64,000 nucleotides of DNA from Bacteroidales bacterium (GCA_024691765.1 JAILNI010000047.1:8739-72738), one strand, 5' to 3'; counted from the first letter of the stretch, positions 48,684-58,661 are shown. Notes: generated from the letters alone by a model not told the origin. Program-made: numbers and translations.

Positions 48684-49380
48684 GTTGAACAGCCCGATAT
48701 GGGTGTACATGATCGGCTTCGCCGGGATGGGAATCTACGGACTGCGTATTCTCATCCAGTGGTACCTCTCTGAAAAATCCCATGAGGTGGAATCTCCTGC
48801 CATCTACTGGATACTCAGCAGCATAGGCGCGATGATACTGTTCGTCTACGGCTGGCTCCGAAAGGACCTTTCGATCATCTTCGGCGAGAGCGTGGGATAC
48901 TACGTGTACATGTGGAACATCAGCGTGATGGGGCTTTACAAGAAGGTGCCGCGCATCGTGAAGATACTGCAGGCCCTCTTCCCGCTGGTGATCCTGGCCC
49001 TCATCTTCAAGGACCTGCCGAGCTTCAGGGAGAACTTTCTCAACAAGGACGCCATCCCGACAACATTGCTCATATACGGTTTCACGGCGCAGGCTGTCTA
49101 TGAGATGCGCTCCATCTACCAGCTCGTCTACTGCTACAAACGGGGCAAGTCGATACTGCCGCTGGGGCACTGGGTGCTCGCGGTCATAGGCTCGGCCATG
49201 ATTATCAGCTACGGTATCATACGTCACGACTGGGTGCTCGCCATCGGGCAGTTCGCCATCTTCTTCTCCATCAGGAACCTCATGATCTGCCTCTCGGCGA
49301 TGCGCAGGCAGCGCAAGGCGGAAAGGGCCTACAAGAAGGGTATGGCCGAGGTGGTAAGGGAGCAGGGCGGAACGGAGTAA
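48676..49380 (+). CDS. Lipid-A-disaccharide synthase N-terminal (LAB_N) domain protein
   Basis: Two repeats: RILIQWYLSEK...SPAIYW and RSIYQL...KSILPLGHW. Confidence 0.8.
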   Translation: MFELNSPIWVYMIGFAGMGIYGLRILIQWYLSEKSHEVESPAIYWILSSIGAMILFVYGWLRKDLSIIFGESVGYYVYMWNISVMGLYKKVPRIVKILQALFPLVILALIFKDLPSFRENFLNKDAIPTTLLIYGFTAQAVYEMRSIYQLVYCYKRGKSILPLGHWVLAVIGSAMIISYGIIRHDWVLAIGQFAIFFSIRNLMICLSAMRRQRKAERAYKKGMAEVVREQGGTE

Positions 49381-49403
49381 GGCCTTCGGCAGACCTGAAC
49401 GGC

Positions 49404-50399
49404 CTACCAGCGGGCCTCAATTTCATCCAGAATTGAAAACAGCTCGGCGCGGTCCAGCGTCGTGACCATCCGCATGCGCGTCTCCTTGAAATCCGGCAGG
49501 CCCTTGAAATAGCTGCTGAGGTGACGGCGCATCTCGTAGATGCCGCGGGGTTCGCCCTTCGAATCGAGAGAAAGCTGCAGATGACGGCGGGCCAGGGCCA
49601 CCTTTTCGGCCACGGACAGCTCCGGCATGGGCTCGCCGTGTTCCATGTAATACTTTATCTCCCTGAAAATCCACGGCCTGCCGAAAGTGGCGCGGCCTAT
49701 CATGATGCCGTCCACCCCGTAACGCTCGAAGGCCTGCACCGCCGACGGACCGTCGGTGATGTCGCCGTTGCCGAGGACAGGGATATGCATGCGCGGATTG
49801 TTCTTCACTTCCCCTATGAGGGTCCAGTCTGCCTGTCCGCGGTAGAGCTGGCAACGGGTACGGCCGTGTATGGTGATGGCCTGGATGCCAACGTCCTGCA
49901 GGCGCTCCGCCAGGTCGACTATGATTTTTGAGTTGTCGTCCCAGCCCAGGCGGGTCTTGACGGTGACTGGTTTGTCGGGTACAGCCTCAACGACGGCCTT
50001 CGTGATGGCTACCATCCTGTCGGGATAGCGCATCATCCCGCTTCCGGCCCCGCGGGTGGCGATTTTGGTGACGGGGCAGCCGAAGTTGATGTCGATGAGG
50101 TCGGCTCCATGGCCCCCGACCAGCTCTGCCGCACGGTCGGCCATCTTCGCGGCGTCCACCATATTCTCCAGGATGTGGCCGTAAATCTGGATGCCCACGG
50201 GGGCCTCTTCCGGAAGGGTGTACATCTTGGCTATGGCCTTGGATGCGTCGCGCACCAGACCTTCGGACGGTACGAACTCGGTGTACACCATGTCGGCTCC
50301 CTGTTCGCGGCAGATGCGGCGGAAACTGATGTCCGTCACATCCTCCATGGGTGCGAGCAGAAGAGGCCTGGGGCCGAGGTCGATGGGGCCGATTTTCAT
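49404..50399 (-). CDS. dusB: tRNA-dihydrouridine synthase B
   Basis: LAPMEDVTD, DINFGCP, IHGRT and GNGDI. Confidence 0.93.
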   Translation of the reverse strand: MKIGPIDLGPRPLLLAPMEDVTDISFRRICREQGADMVYTEFVPSEGLVRDASKAIAKMYTLPEEAPVGIQIYGHILENMVDAAKMADRAAELVGGHGADLIDINFGCPVTKIATRGAGSGMMRYPDRMVAITKAVVEAVPDKPVTVKTRLGWDDNSKIIVDLAERLQDVGIQAITIHGRTRCQLYRGQADWTLIGEVKNNPRMHIPVLGNGDITDGPSAVQAFERYGVDGIMIGRATFGRPWIFREIKYYMEHGEPMPELSVAEKVALARRHLQLSLDSKGEPRGIYEMRRHLSSYFKGLPDFKETRMRMVTTLDRAELFSILDEIEARW

Positions 50400-50430
50400 T
50401 GTGGTGCAAAATTACTAAATTTGTGGGTAT

Positions 50431-52248
50431 ATGATATACGCCGACCGAATCGAAGAACTCCGCGCGATGATGCGCAGCCGCGGCTGGGATGCCGTAATAC
50501 TCACCGGAAGCGACCCTCACGGAAGTGAATATCCTGCCGAAAGATGGAAACAGGTGCAGTGGCTCACCGGCTTTACCGGCGAAGCGGGCGACGTGGTGGT
50601 GACCCTCGACCATGCAGGGCTCTGGACCGACACGCGCTATTTCATCCAGGCCGTTCAGCAGCTCGAAGGCAGCGGGGTGGAACTCCACAAGATGAGGGTG
50701 CCGGAGCAGGTGCCCATCCCCGAGTGGCTCGCGCAGCACTTCGAAGGAGAAGACGAGGTGCTTCTTGCGGTCGACGGGCTGTGTGTGGAATATGATTTTG
50801 CGGCGGAGATCAAGTCGCGCCAGCAGGAGGCCGGCAGGGCCTGCCACATGGTGAGCATACCCAATCTGCTCGACGCCATATGGGAAGACAGGCCGCAGGT
50901 TCCGCAGACTCCCGTGTTCCGGGTAGACCCCGGAGAGAGCTGTGCGGAACGCCTGGGGCGGCTGAGGGAGTGGCTGCGGGAGGCGGGAACTGATTACGTG
51001 CTTCTCAGCGCCCTCGACGAAATAGCCTGGGTACTGAACGTCCGCGCATCCGACATAGAATACAATCCCCTTGTGATTTCCTTCCTGCTGGTCGGCCGGG
51101 AAAGTGCCGACTGGTTCGTGCTGAAGGAGGCCGTTGAGGATCCCGAAACGGACGGGGCGTTCGCATCGCTCAGCGATGACGGGGTGACATTGCGGTACTA
51201 CGAAGAGATTGAAATAGCCCTCAGCGACCTTGACGGAAGCGTTGCGGCGGGAGGCCTCAACTACCATCTTTCCTCGCTGCTGGGTTCCGGCAGGCTGCGC
51301 GTCTCAACCTCGCCTGTCCGCGGATGGAAGGCGGTAAAGAACCCCTGCGAGATAGCCGGTATGCGCCGCTCTCACTTCGTGGACGGCATGGCCATGGAGA
51401 TGTTCCTTTACTGGCTGGAAAAGAGCCTTGAGGGCGACCGCGCCGTTTCGGAATGGGATGCCGCGGTGAAACTCGGGCAGCTGCGCTCCGAAATCCCGGA
51501 GTACCGGGGAGACAGTTTCGAGACCATCTCGGCATACGGAGCGGGAGCAGCCCTCCCTCATTATATAACCCCGCACACGGGCGCGCCCATGCTGGGAGCC
51601 AGGGGGCTGTATCTGTGCGATTCAGGAGGACAGTACTGGGGCGACGGTTCTGCCGGCGGCCGTGCTACCGGCTTCGGGGGCACTACCGACATTACCCGGA
51701 CCGTGGCGCTCGGGCCTTGCAGCCGTCTGGAGATGGAAGACTACACCCTCGTGCTGAAGGGGCACATACAACTGGCCATGGCGGTGTTCCCCTACGGAAC
51801 TCCCGGCTGCAGGATAGACGCCCTCGCCAGGGAACCTCTCTGGAAGGCCGGGCGCAGTTTCGGGCACGGAACCGGTCACGGGGTCGGATGGTTCCTGGGT
51901 GTGCATGAAGGGCCGCAGGACGTGCGTCAGAACCTCAATCCTGAAGGTCTTGTTCCCGGGATGATCATTTCGGACGAGCCCGGAATCTACAGGGAGGGCA
52001 TGCATGGAGTCCGGCACGAGAACCTGCTTTTGTGCGTGGATGCCGGTTCGAACGAATTCGGCCGCTGGTGCGCCTTCGAGCCGCTCACCCTCTGCCATTT
52101 CGATACTTCTGCCCTGATTCCGGAAATGCTGACTCCGGAAGAGCGCGACTGGCTGAATTCCTATAATTCTATAGTTTACTCCTCCCTTGCCCCCGAGCTA
52201 CCGAGGCCTGTAGCGGAATGGCTCCGCGAGAAGACTAAGGCGATTTAA
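50431..52248 (+). CDS. Aminopeptidase P family (M24B)
   Basis: DPHGSEY, DSGGQY, TTDITRT, HGTGHGVG and SDEPGIY. Confidence 0.92.
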   Translation: MIYADRIEELRAMMRSRGWDAVILTGSDPHGSEYPAERWKQVQWLTGFTGEAGDVVVTLDHAGLWTDTRYFIQAVQQLEGSGVELHKMRVPEQVPIPEWLAQHFEGEDEVLLAVDGLCVEYDFAAEIKSRQQEAGRACHMVSIPNLLDAIWEDRPQVPQTPVFRVDPGESCAERLGRLREWLREAGTDYVLLSALDEIAWVLNVRASDIEYNPLVISFLLVGRESADWFVLKEAVEDPETDGAFASLSDDGVTLRYYEEIEIALSDLDGSVAAGGLNYHLSSLLGSGRLRVSTSPVRGWKAVKNPCEIAGMRRSHFVDGMAMEMFLYWLEKSLEGDRAVSEWDAAVKLGQLRSEIPEYRGDSFETISAYGAGAALPHYITPHTGAPMLGARGLYLCDSGGQYWGDGSAGGRATGFGGTTDITRTVALGPCSRLEMEDYTLVLKGHIQLAMAVFPYGTPGCRIDALAREPLWKAGRSFGHGTGHGVGWFLGVHEGPQDVRQNLNPEGLVPGMIISDEPGIYREGMHGVRHENLLLCVDAGSNEFGRWCAFEPLTLCHFDTSALIPEMLTPEERDWLNSYNSIVYSSLAPELPRPVAEWLREKTKAI

Positions 52249-52258
52249 ACCGGGCCGG

Positions 52259-54196
52259 TCAGTCGGCGGCGGAGACCGTCATCTCGCAGGATTTGCAATC
52301 AAAGCCAAGCGCAAGCCGGCGTCCGTTGTTCACCAGGAACAGGGGCCCCGTGTCCTTCGCGCCCTGATGAACCGGGCAGAGGCCAAGTTCGTACCTGATA
52401 CAGTAGCGGCTGCGCATGAGGGGCTCTCGTATAGAGGCTGTTCCTGACGACCATGATTCTGTGACATCCGGTATATTTGCAACCGGACGGGTGCGGTTTT
52501 CCAGGGGGATACGCCCGCAGGGCTGCGCGTCGAGGTCTTCCGCGACGAGGCGGCGCATGGAGTTCAGTATACCTGCGCTCAGAAGCGGGAGAGGGCCTGC
52601 TTCCAGACGGTCCAGCGAGAAGACATAGTGGCCGCTTCGCTTGCCGAGCTGCTCGCGGAACATGGCGGCGGCGCGCTGGCGGTTCTCGGCTTCCTCAACA
52701 TCTGCCTTGAAGGAACTCTCCACCACGCGCCCGTCTTCCGAAGAAGCCGTGAGCGCAATATCCCATTTGCCGGAACCGTGGGTTACAGCCACAGTGAGCG
52801 ATACCGCAATTTTGCGTTTCGGGAGATTGCGGGAGAGTTCGCGCTCGAATGCCGCGTCGATGTTACGGTAGAGGCGCATGCCCTCTCGGAGGCCGTCGGC
52901 ACTTTGGCAGCGAATCTCGGAACCCTCACAGACGTCGCCCCGGAAACCGACTATTGACGAGCCCTTGATGAAGGCAAAACCGTCGCCGTTATGGAGTTCG
53001 GGAGCTCCGTGGGGGCGCTGAAGGGTGATTTCGAGGCCGGCCCGGTCCCGACGAAGGCGGCGAACCGTGCCGACGAAGACGCCAAGGTTCGCGGGGGCGT
53101 CCATGGACGACCACTCCGGGCCGCGCCTGCCGTCGAGGTAGAGTTCGGTGTAGCCGCGGTTGAAAGTCTTCGAGAGGTCCGGGGCGAACCCGCCCGTCAC
53201 CCGTCCGAACGACGCCCTACGGAAGGAGGTGGCGTCCGGGAACTTTCCGCACAGGGCGTCGAGCGCCATTCCCGAAAGGGGCGCATCAGCGCCGCGGCGA
53301 GAGAGAGGAGCGATGCGACGACCGGTAGCCGCCCGACCTAAGGGAGGCCATGCCCCCTCGGGGGCTGTCTGCGCAGCAGACTGGGGGGAAAGACCCTCGG
53401 GACCGAAGGGACCGCACAGGGCGTCGAGCGCCAGCGAGTACGCCCTGGTGACGTTGCGAACGTAGGAGGCACTTTTGAGGCGCCCTTCAATCTTGAAGGA
53501 ACAGACCCCGGCTGCGGCGAGTTCGGCAAGGCGGTTGTAGAGGTTGAAATCTTTCAGCGACAGCAGCGCCTTGTTCCGCACAAGAACCTTGTTGGAGGTA
53601 TCGACCAGGTCGTAATTCGACCTGCAGGCCTGGATACATTCGCCACGGTCGGCGGAACGGCCGTCGAGATACTCCGAGAGCCGGCAGTCGCCGCTGTAGC
53701 ATACGCACAGGGCGCCGTGCACGAAACACTCCAGCTCACAGGAAACAGCGGCCCGTATGGCCTTTATCTCCTCGAGCGACAGCTCCCTTTCGATCACCAG
53801 GCGGGAAGCCCCCAGAGCCTCGTAGCGACGGGCATCCTCCGGTGTTCGGATTGCACACTGGGTGGAGGCATGAAGCGGAACCGTAATGTCTTCCCAGGCG
53901 AAAATGCGCTCGTCGCGCACTATGAAAGCATCCACTCCGGCAGCCTGTGAGGCAAGCATCTGGGCATGGAGCTCCGGCAACTCGTCTTCCGAAACCACTA
54001 TGTTCACGGTGACGAACACCCTCGCCCCGAACCTGTGGGCATACTCGCAGAGGGAGGCGATATCCTCGACGGAATTGCCTGCATCCCTGCGCGCCCCGAA
54101 GAACGGGCCGCCTATATAAACGGCATCGGCACCGCTGTCGATGGCCGCGATGCCGATTTCCAGATTTCTGGCCGGAGAGAGAAGCTCCAGATACAC
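52259..54196 (-). CDS. U32 family protein with DUF3656-like C-terminus (RlhA-like rRNA hydroxylase)
   Basis: ELLSPA, GADAVYIG, ECFVHGALCVCYSGDC, RGECIQACR and FKIEGR. Confidence 0.85.
   Translation of the reverse strand: MYLELLSPARNLEIGIAAIDSGADAVYIGGPFFGARRDAGNSVEDIASLCEYAHRFGARVFVTVNIVVSEDELPELHAQMLASQAAGVDAFIVRDERIFAWEDITVPLHASTQCAIRTPEDARRYEALGASRLVIERELSLEEIKAIRAAVSCELECFVHGALCVCYSGDCRLSEYLDGRSADRGECIQACRSNYDLVDTSNKVLVRNKALLSLKDFNLYNRLAELAAAGVCSFKIEGRLKSASYVRNVTRAYSLALDALCGPFGPEGLSPQSAAQTAPEGAWPPLGRAATGRRIAPLSRRGADAPLSGMALDALCGKFPDATSFRRASFGRVTGGFAPDLSKTFNRGYTELYLDGRRGPEWSSMDAPANLGVFVGTVRRLRRDRAGLEITLQRPHGAPELHNGDGFAFIKGSSIVGFRGDVCEGSEIRCQSADGLREGMRLYRNIDAAFERELSRNLPKRKIAVSLTVAVTHGSGKWDIALTASSEDGRVVESSFKADVEEAENRQRAAAMFREQLGKRSGHYVFSLDRLEAGPLPLLSAGILNSMRRLVAEDLDAQPCGRIPLENRTRPVANIPDVTESWSSGTASIREPLMRSRYCIRYELGLCPVHQGAKDTGPLFLVNNGRRLALGFDCKSCEMTVSAAD
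53247..53433. repeat. 22-bp direct repeats (53247-53268, 53412-53433) bounding a 165-bp in-frame insertion in the U32 gene
   Basis: CCGCACAGGGCGTCGAGCGCCA occurs twice; the protein shows ALDALCG twice. Confidence 0.85.
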
Positions 54197-55128
54197 TACT
54201 TGAGAGCGTTGATCTGCTTCTGGGCCTCAGCTCCGAACTTCGGGTCGGTGACTGCCTTCTGGTAGAACTCTACCGCCTTGGCCTTGTTGCCCTGCTGCTG
54301 ATAGAGGGCTGCCACGGTGTAAGCCACCTGGGTGAAGTTGCCCGCATTGGGCGAGAGCTCGAGGTACTTCTCGAAGTAAGCGATGGCGTCTGAGTTCTTC
54401 TTGAGGCTCTGGGATGCCTGGGCGGCAATCTGATAAGCCTTGGCGTTGTCGCCGTACTCGTTCACTTTGAGGGCCTCTTCAATAGCGCCGGCGTAGTTCT
54501 TTGCCTTGAGCGCCGCTGCGGCGTTCTTCAGGTAGATGTTGGATATCTGCTTGACGGCAGCCTTCTCCTGGCCGTTCGCGATGGCCTGCTTGAAGGCCTC
54601 GATTGCAGCTTCCTTGTCGCCCATGGAGTTGAGGGCGGCACCCAGACGGAGAGCGGCTACGCCGTTGGAAGGATCGGCCGCGATGACGGCCTTGTAGCCT
54701 CCGACTGCAGCGGCGAAGTCCTTCGCGTTAAGGAGGGCGTTGGCCTTCTGCATCAGCACCTGCGGGATGAGGTCGGCCGCAGACGATGCGGTCTCGTCGG
54801 CCCCGTAGGCCTTTGCAATCTCAACTGTCTTCCCGAGTTCCGCGACCGCATTGTCGTAGTCCTGGTTGTTGACGAGCTTCTTTGCGATGAGGAACTGTAT
54901 TTCCGGGATGTAGTTCTTGCACTTGGAAACGATTTCGGCACCTTCCTCGCCAAGGGCTTCAGCCCCTTCGAGGGCGGCCTTGAAGGAGAACAGGGCGTCG
55001 GAATAGTTCTCGGCTGCGAGAGCGTTGGCCCCGTTATTATAAGTCTCTGTGACGGTTGCCATGTCCTGAGCGGATGCGAACGATGCTCCGATAAGGAGGG
55101 CTGCTACGGTAATGAACAACTTTTTCAT
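54196..55128 (-). CDS. Tetratricopeptide repeat protein, secreted
   Basis: Signal peptide MKKLFIT...ASAQ; multiple TPR helices. Confidence 0.85.
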   Translation of the reverse strand: MKKLFITVAALLIGASFASAQDMATVTETYNNGANALAAENYSDALFSFKAALEGAEALGEEGAEIVSKCKNYIPEIQFLIAKKLVNNQDYDNAVAELGKTVEIAKAYGADETASSAADLIPQVLMQKANALLNAKDFAAAVGGYKAVIAADPSNGVAALRLGAALNSMGDKEAAIEAFKQAIANGQEKAAVKQISNIYLKNAAAALKAKNYAGAIEEALKVNEYGDNAKAYQIAAQASQSLKKNSDAIAYFEKYLELSPNAGNFTQVAYTVAALYQQQGNKAKAVEFYQKAVTDPKFGAEAQKQINALK

Positions 55129-55210
55129 AATCTTACTCTTTGTTGACCTTTGCAAAACGCAAAAATAATAAATTCTCTTTTATTTTCTTAATTTTGCGGC
55201 AGGTTTCAGT

Positions 55211-57802
55211 ATGCGTCAATTCAGGTTCAGCATAGCTTCGGTCGTTTTCCTTCTGGCCGCCGTTCTGTCTTTCGGACAGGACAGGGGCGTAATCGGAAGG
55301 TCTTCCGCGGTAAAGGTCGGGATGCTTTCCAACGGCGTCCGCTATTACCTGGCCCAGGGGAATACTTCCAAAGGTTATGCCAACTTCGTGCTGGTGCAGA
55401 AGGGAACGGCCTCCGCGGATGTCTCCAGAGGGCTCCTGCTGAAGCTCGAACACTTCAGGAAACAGGCCCCCTACCGCTTCCTGGCGTCGAAAGGCGTGGG
55501 CTACGGTCCGGACGGACTGGTGTCGTATCCCGACGGTAATACGGTGTACAATTTCCGGGGTGTTCCCACCTTCGACAAGGCCGCCGTCGACAGCACCATA
55601 CTCCTTGTCTTCGACCTCGTGCGCTCGTACGAAGGGGAACAGGCCATAGTGATAGCCGGCGATTTCCCCCAGGCCGAACTCGAATCCAAACTGTACCTGT
55701 TCTCACTTACGGTAACTCCACGGAAAGCCTCTGCGACCAGGCGGCAGTACCGCTGGCAGCCGGAGAACGGACCCGTCTTCATACATACCGAAAACAACAG
55801 CGCCAGGCTGGCCGGACTCTCGCTCACCTGGAACTCCCCCAGAACCCCTGACGACCGCCTGCTGACCGCCCAACCGCTTGTGCTCCAGATGTATGCGGCC
55901 CAGTTGGGGAAGGTGGTCGAAAAGCGCCTGCGCCGCAGCTTCGTCCGCGAAAACATCCCCCTTGCGGGCTACGACTTCCGCTACTACGGCAGTTCGGCCA
56001 CTTCCGGCGACGAGAAATATGAGTTTACCGTCCGCTTCCCCATCGAAGACCTCGAAAGGGCGTCCGCACTGATAGCGGCCGAATTCGCGTCAATCGACAC
56101 TTTCGGCGCCTCCGAGGCAGAACTGTTCGATGCGCGGATGGAAGTTCTCGGCTCGGCCGACAAGACCCTGTCGGTCCCGTACGACAACGACGAGCTTGCC
56201 GGCGAATGCGTGTCCGCCTTCCTCTACGGCACCAACATCATCTCGGCCGAAGACGTACGCGGCTTCTTCTCCCGAAGGCAGATGGCTTCCGGAAGGGAAC
56301 TGCAGCTGTTCAACCGTTTCGCATCGGCCCTGATCGACCCGCACCGGGCACTCTCCATACGCTGCGACACCCCTCAGGGAGAGCTGGACGGCGGCAAGTT
56401 CACATCTGACTTCCTGATGGCCTGGAAGGATGCCTCGACCGGCCCGGCACCGGAAGGGTCCGGCCTCACTAGCTACTCCGACACACTCAAGCTGCTTCTC
56501 CCCGGAAAGGAAAAGGTAAGCCTCAAATCCACCACTTCCGACCCCGTGACCGGCGGCAGCATCTGGACCTTCTCCAACGGCACGAGGGTGATATTCAAAC
56601 GAACCGCGCGCAAGGGCATGCTCGACTACGGCCTGCTGCTCAAGGGCGGATACTCTTACGTGCCCGGCATCGGACCGGGAGAGAGCGCTTTCGTGGGAGA
56701 CGTCGCCGGGCTCTGCCGCATTTCCGGAATGGATTCACACGCCTTCTCGGAGATGCTTTCAGCCAACGGCATAGACATGAGCTGCGAGGCTTCGCTCACC
56801 GACTTCAAGGTAATCGGACAGGCGCCCTCCGACAAACTGGAACTGTTGATGCGCTCGCTGCTTTCGTATGCGCGCGACCGCAAGCCCGACACAACCGCGT
56901 TCCGCTATTACAAGGAATGCGAAAGGCTTATGCAGGAACGCATCAGGCAGTCCAGGATGGGAATCATAGCCGCCATCGACAGCACCATGAGCCCGTGGTA
57001 CTATTACCCCTCCACCAAGAGCGTGGATAAGCTGGGAGACGACCTTCCTCAGAGGGTCGACAGCTACCTGAAGGCGGAGTTCGACAAGTTCAACGACGGC
57101 CTGCTGGTAATCATGGGAGACATCGCCCCGGACAAGCTGCAGAAAGTGCTGTGCCGGTATCTGGGCGCGTTCAGCGTGAGCCCGGCCTTCAGCGTCAGGC
57201 CGAAGGTACAGTACGAGATACGTCCGGGATGGAGCACCTACACGGTGGAAGGGGCGCACAGTTCGGTGGGGAGCGGCGAGACCTGCGTGAACGTGGGCAT
57301 GGCCACCAGGCAGAGCTTTACGATCCACTCCTACAACGCCTTTTTGATTGCGGCGCTTGCCATGAAACAGACTATAGTGGAGAGCCTGGCTTCCGTGGGT
57401 ATGTATGCAGAGGTGACCGCGGACGCCCAGGTGTTCCCGGTCGAGAGGCTTTCTTTCTATGTGACGTGCCGGCCCTGCGCCGAGGACGGTCTGCCAGCGG
57501 GCATGATCCCGGCGGAACCCTACGAGGTGCTCCGGGCCCTGCGTATGGGTATCAGCCGGGCCTCGCGCGGCAAGCTCACGCCTACGCAGCTTTCCGTGCT
57601 GAAAACCGCCATGACCTGCAATATGGAGTCGCACATACTGCAACCGGAGTTCCTGATACGCGCCGTTATGATGCGCAACTCCGAGTGCAAGGACATCGTG
57701 AGCGACTACAAGGCGGCGATTGCATCGGTTTCCCTCTCCGACGTGAACGCCATACTTCACGACCTCGATTTCGGGAGCAAGGTGGAGTATATTATCAGGT
57801 AG
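55211..57802 (+). CDS. M16 (insulinase-family) protein, probably inactive
   Basis: GMLSNGVRYYL and second-half WTFSNGTRVIFK; no HxxEH motif. Confidence 0.7.
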   Translation: MRQFRFSIASVVFLLAAVLSFGQDRGVIGRSSAVKVGMLSNGVRYYLAQGNTSKGYANFVLVQKGTASADVSRGLLLKLEHFRKQAPYRFLASKGVGYGPDGLVSYPDGNTVYNFRGVPTFDKAAVDSTILLVFDLVRSYEGEQAIVIAGDFPQAELESKLYLFSLTVTPRKASATRRQYRWQPENGPVFIHTENNSARLAGLSLTWNSPRTPDDRLLTAQPLVLQMYAAQLGKVVEKRLRRSFVRENIPLAGYDFRYYGSSATSGDEKYEFTVRFPIEDLERASALIAAEFASIDTFGASEAELFDARMEVLGSADKTLSVPYDNDELAGECVSAFLYGTNIISAEDVRGFFSRRQMASGRELQLFNRFASALIDPHRALSIRCDTPQGELDGGKFTSDFLMAWKDASTGPAPEGSGLTSYSDTLKLLLPGKEKVSLKSTTSDPVTGGSIWTFSNGTRVIFKRTARKGMLDYGLLLKGGYSYVPGIGPGESAFVGDVAGLCRISGMDSHAFSEMLSANGIDMSCEASLTDFKVIGQAPSDKLELLMRSLLSYARDRKPDTTAFRYYKECERLMQERIRQSRMGIIAAIDSTMSPWYYYPSTKSVDKLGDDLPQRVDSYLKAEFDKFNDGLLVIMGDIAPDKLQKVLCRYLGAFSVSPAFSVRPKVQYEIRPGWSTYTVEGAHSSVGSGETCVNVGMATRQSFTIHSYNAFLIAALAMKQTIVESLASVGMYAEVTADAQVFPVERLSFYVTCRPCAEDGLPAGMIPAEPYEVLRALRMGISRASRGKLTPTQLSVLKTAMTCNMESHILQPEFLIRAVMMRNSECKDIVSDYKAAIASVSLSDVNAILHDLDFGSKVEYIIR

Positions 57803-57806
57803 GGGG

Positions 57807-58571
57807 ATGAATCCAAGCGGTTTCGGAACAATAATCGAGATAGGGGACGTGCTGGTCTCCGAGGATGTGGTGTGCGAGTTCTTCGCATGCGACTACGAGG
57901 CGTGCCGGGGGGCGTGCTGCATCGAGGGTGAGAGCGGGGCGCCGCTGGAGGAAGAGGAACTGGAGGGCTTGGAGGAAGGGTATGGCGCGTTCAGCGGGTT
58001 GATGACTGATGCCGGGAGGGCGCGTGTAGATCAGGTGGGATTCTTTGAGGTGGACCGCGACGGCGACCTGGTGACGCCATGCGTGGCGGGACCGGCGGGA
58101 GGTGCGGGAGCAGGGGCGAACGCGGGAGCGGCGTCGGCGGGTGGTGCGGGCCGGGGTTGCGAGGGCCGCGGGGCAGGTTCGACGGACAGGCCGGACCGGG
58201 CTTCGGGCGCGTGCGCGTTCTGCCATTTCGCGAACGGGTTTTCCACACGGGGTTCCGAAAGCGGGGTTAGGGGTTCCTGCGCGGGAAGATCGGACGCGGG
58301 AAGTTCCGGTGTGGCCCTGTGCGCGATAGAGATGGCTGGGCTGCGGAAACCGGTGTCGTGCGCTCTGTACCCGATTCGGGTGACCAAGATGCCGGGAGGA
58401 GGACTGGCGCTCAACCTCCACAGGTGGAGCGTGTGCAAGGCGGCGTACGAGAAGGGCCGCCGCGAAGGCGTGCGGGCCTACGAGTTCCTGCGCGCCCCTC
58501 TGGAGCGAAGGTTCGGCGCCGAGTTCTACGAGGCGCTGGTCGCCGCCGCGAAACACATATTACAGCCCTGA
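57807..58571 (+). CDS. DUF3109 family protein with Gly/Ala insertions
   Basis: FACDYEACRGACCIEGESGAP and KPVSCALYPIR. Confidence 0.88.
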   Translation: MNPSGFGTIIEIGDVLVSEDVVCEFFACDYEACRGACCIEGESGAPLEEEELEGLEEGYGAFSGLMTDAGRARVDQVGFFEVDRDGDLVTPCVAGPAGGAGAGANAGAASAGGAGRGCEGRGAGSTDRPDRASGACAFCHFANGFSTRGSESGVRGSCAGRSDAGSSGVALCAIEMAGLRKPVSCALYPIRVTKMPGGGLALNLHRWSVCKAAYEKGRREGVRAYEFLRAPLERRFGAEFYEALVAAAKHILQP

Positions 58572-58660
58572 GACCTAACACAGTTCAGGACTTTTTCGTG
58601 TTAGCCCCCCGGTGTGAGACCTGGGGGTTAACACGTTTTGGGCTCTATACGTGTTAAGTC
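58572..58660 (-). repeat. 89-bp palindromic element, copy 4
   Basis: GACCTAACAC...CGTGTTAGCCCCCC...GGGGGTTAACACG...CGTGTTAAGTC; fills the gap between two stop codons. Confidence 0.9.
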
Positions 58661-58661
58661 C

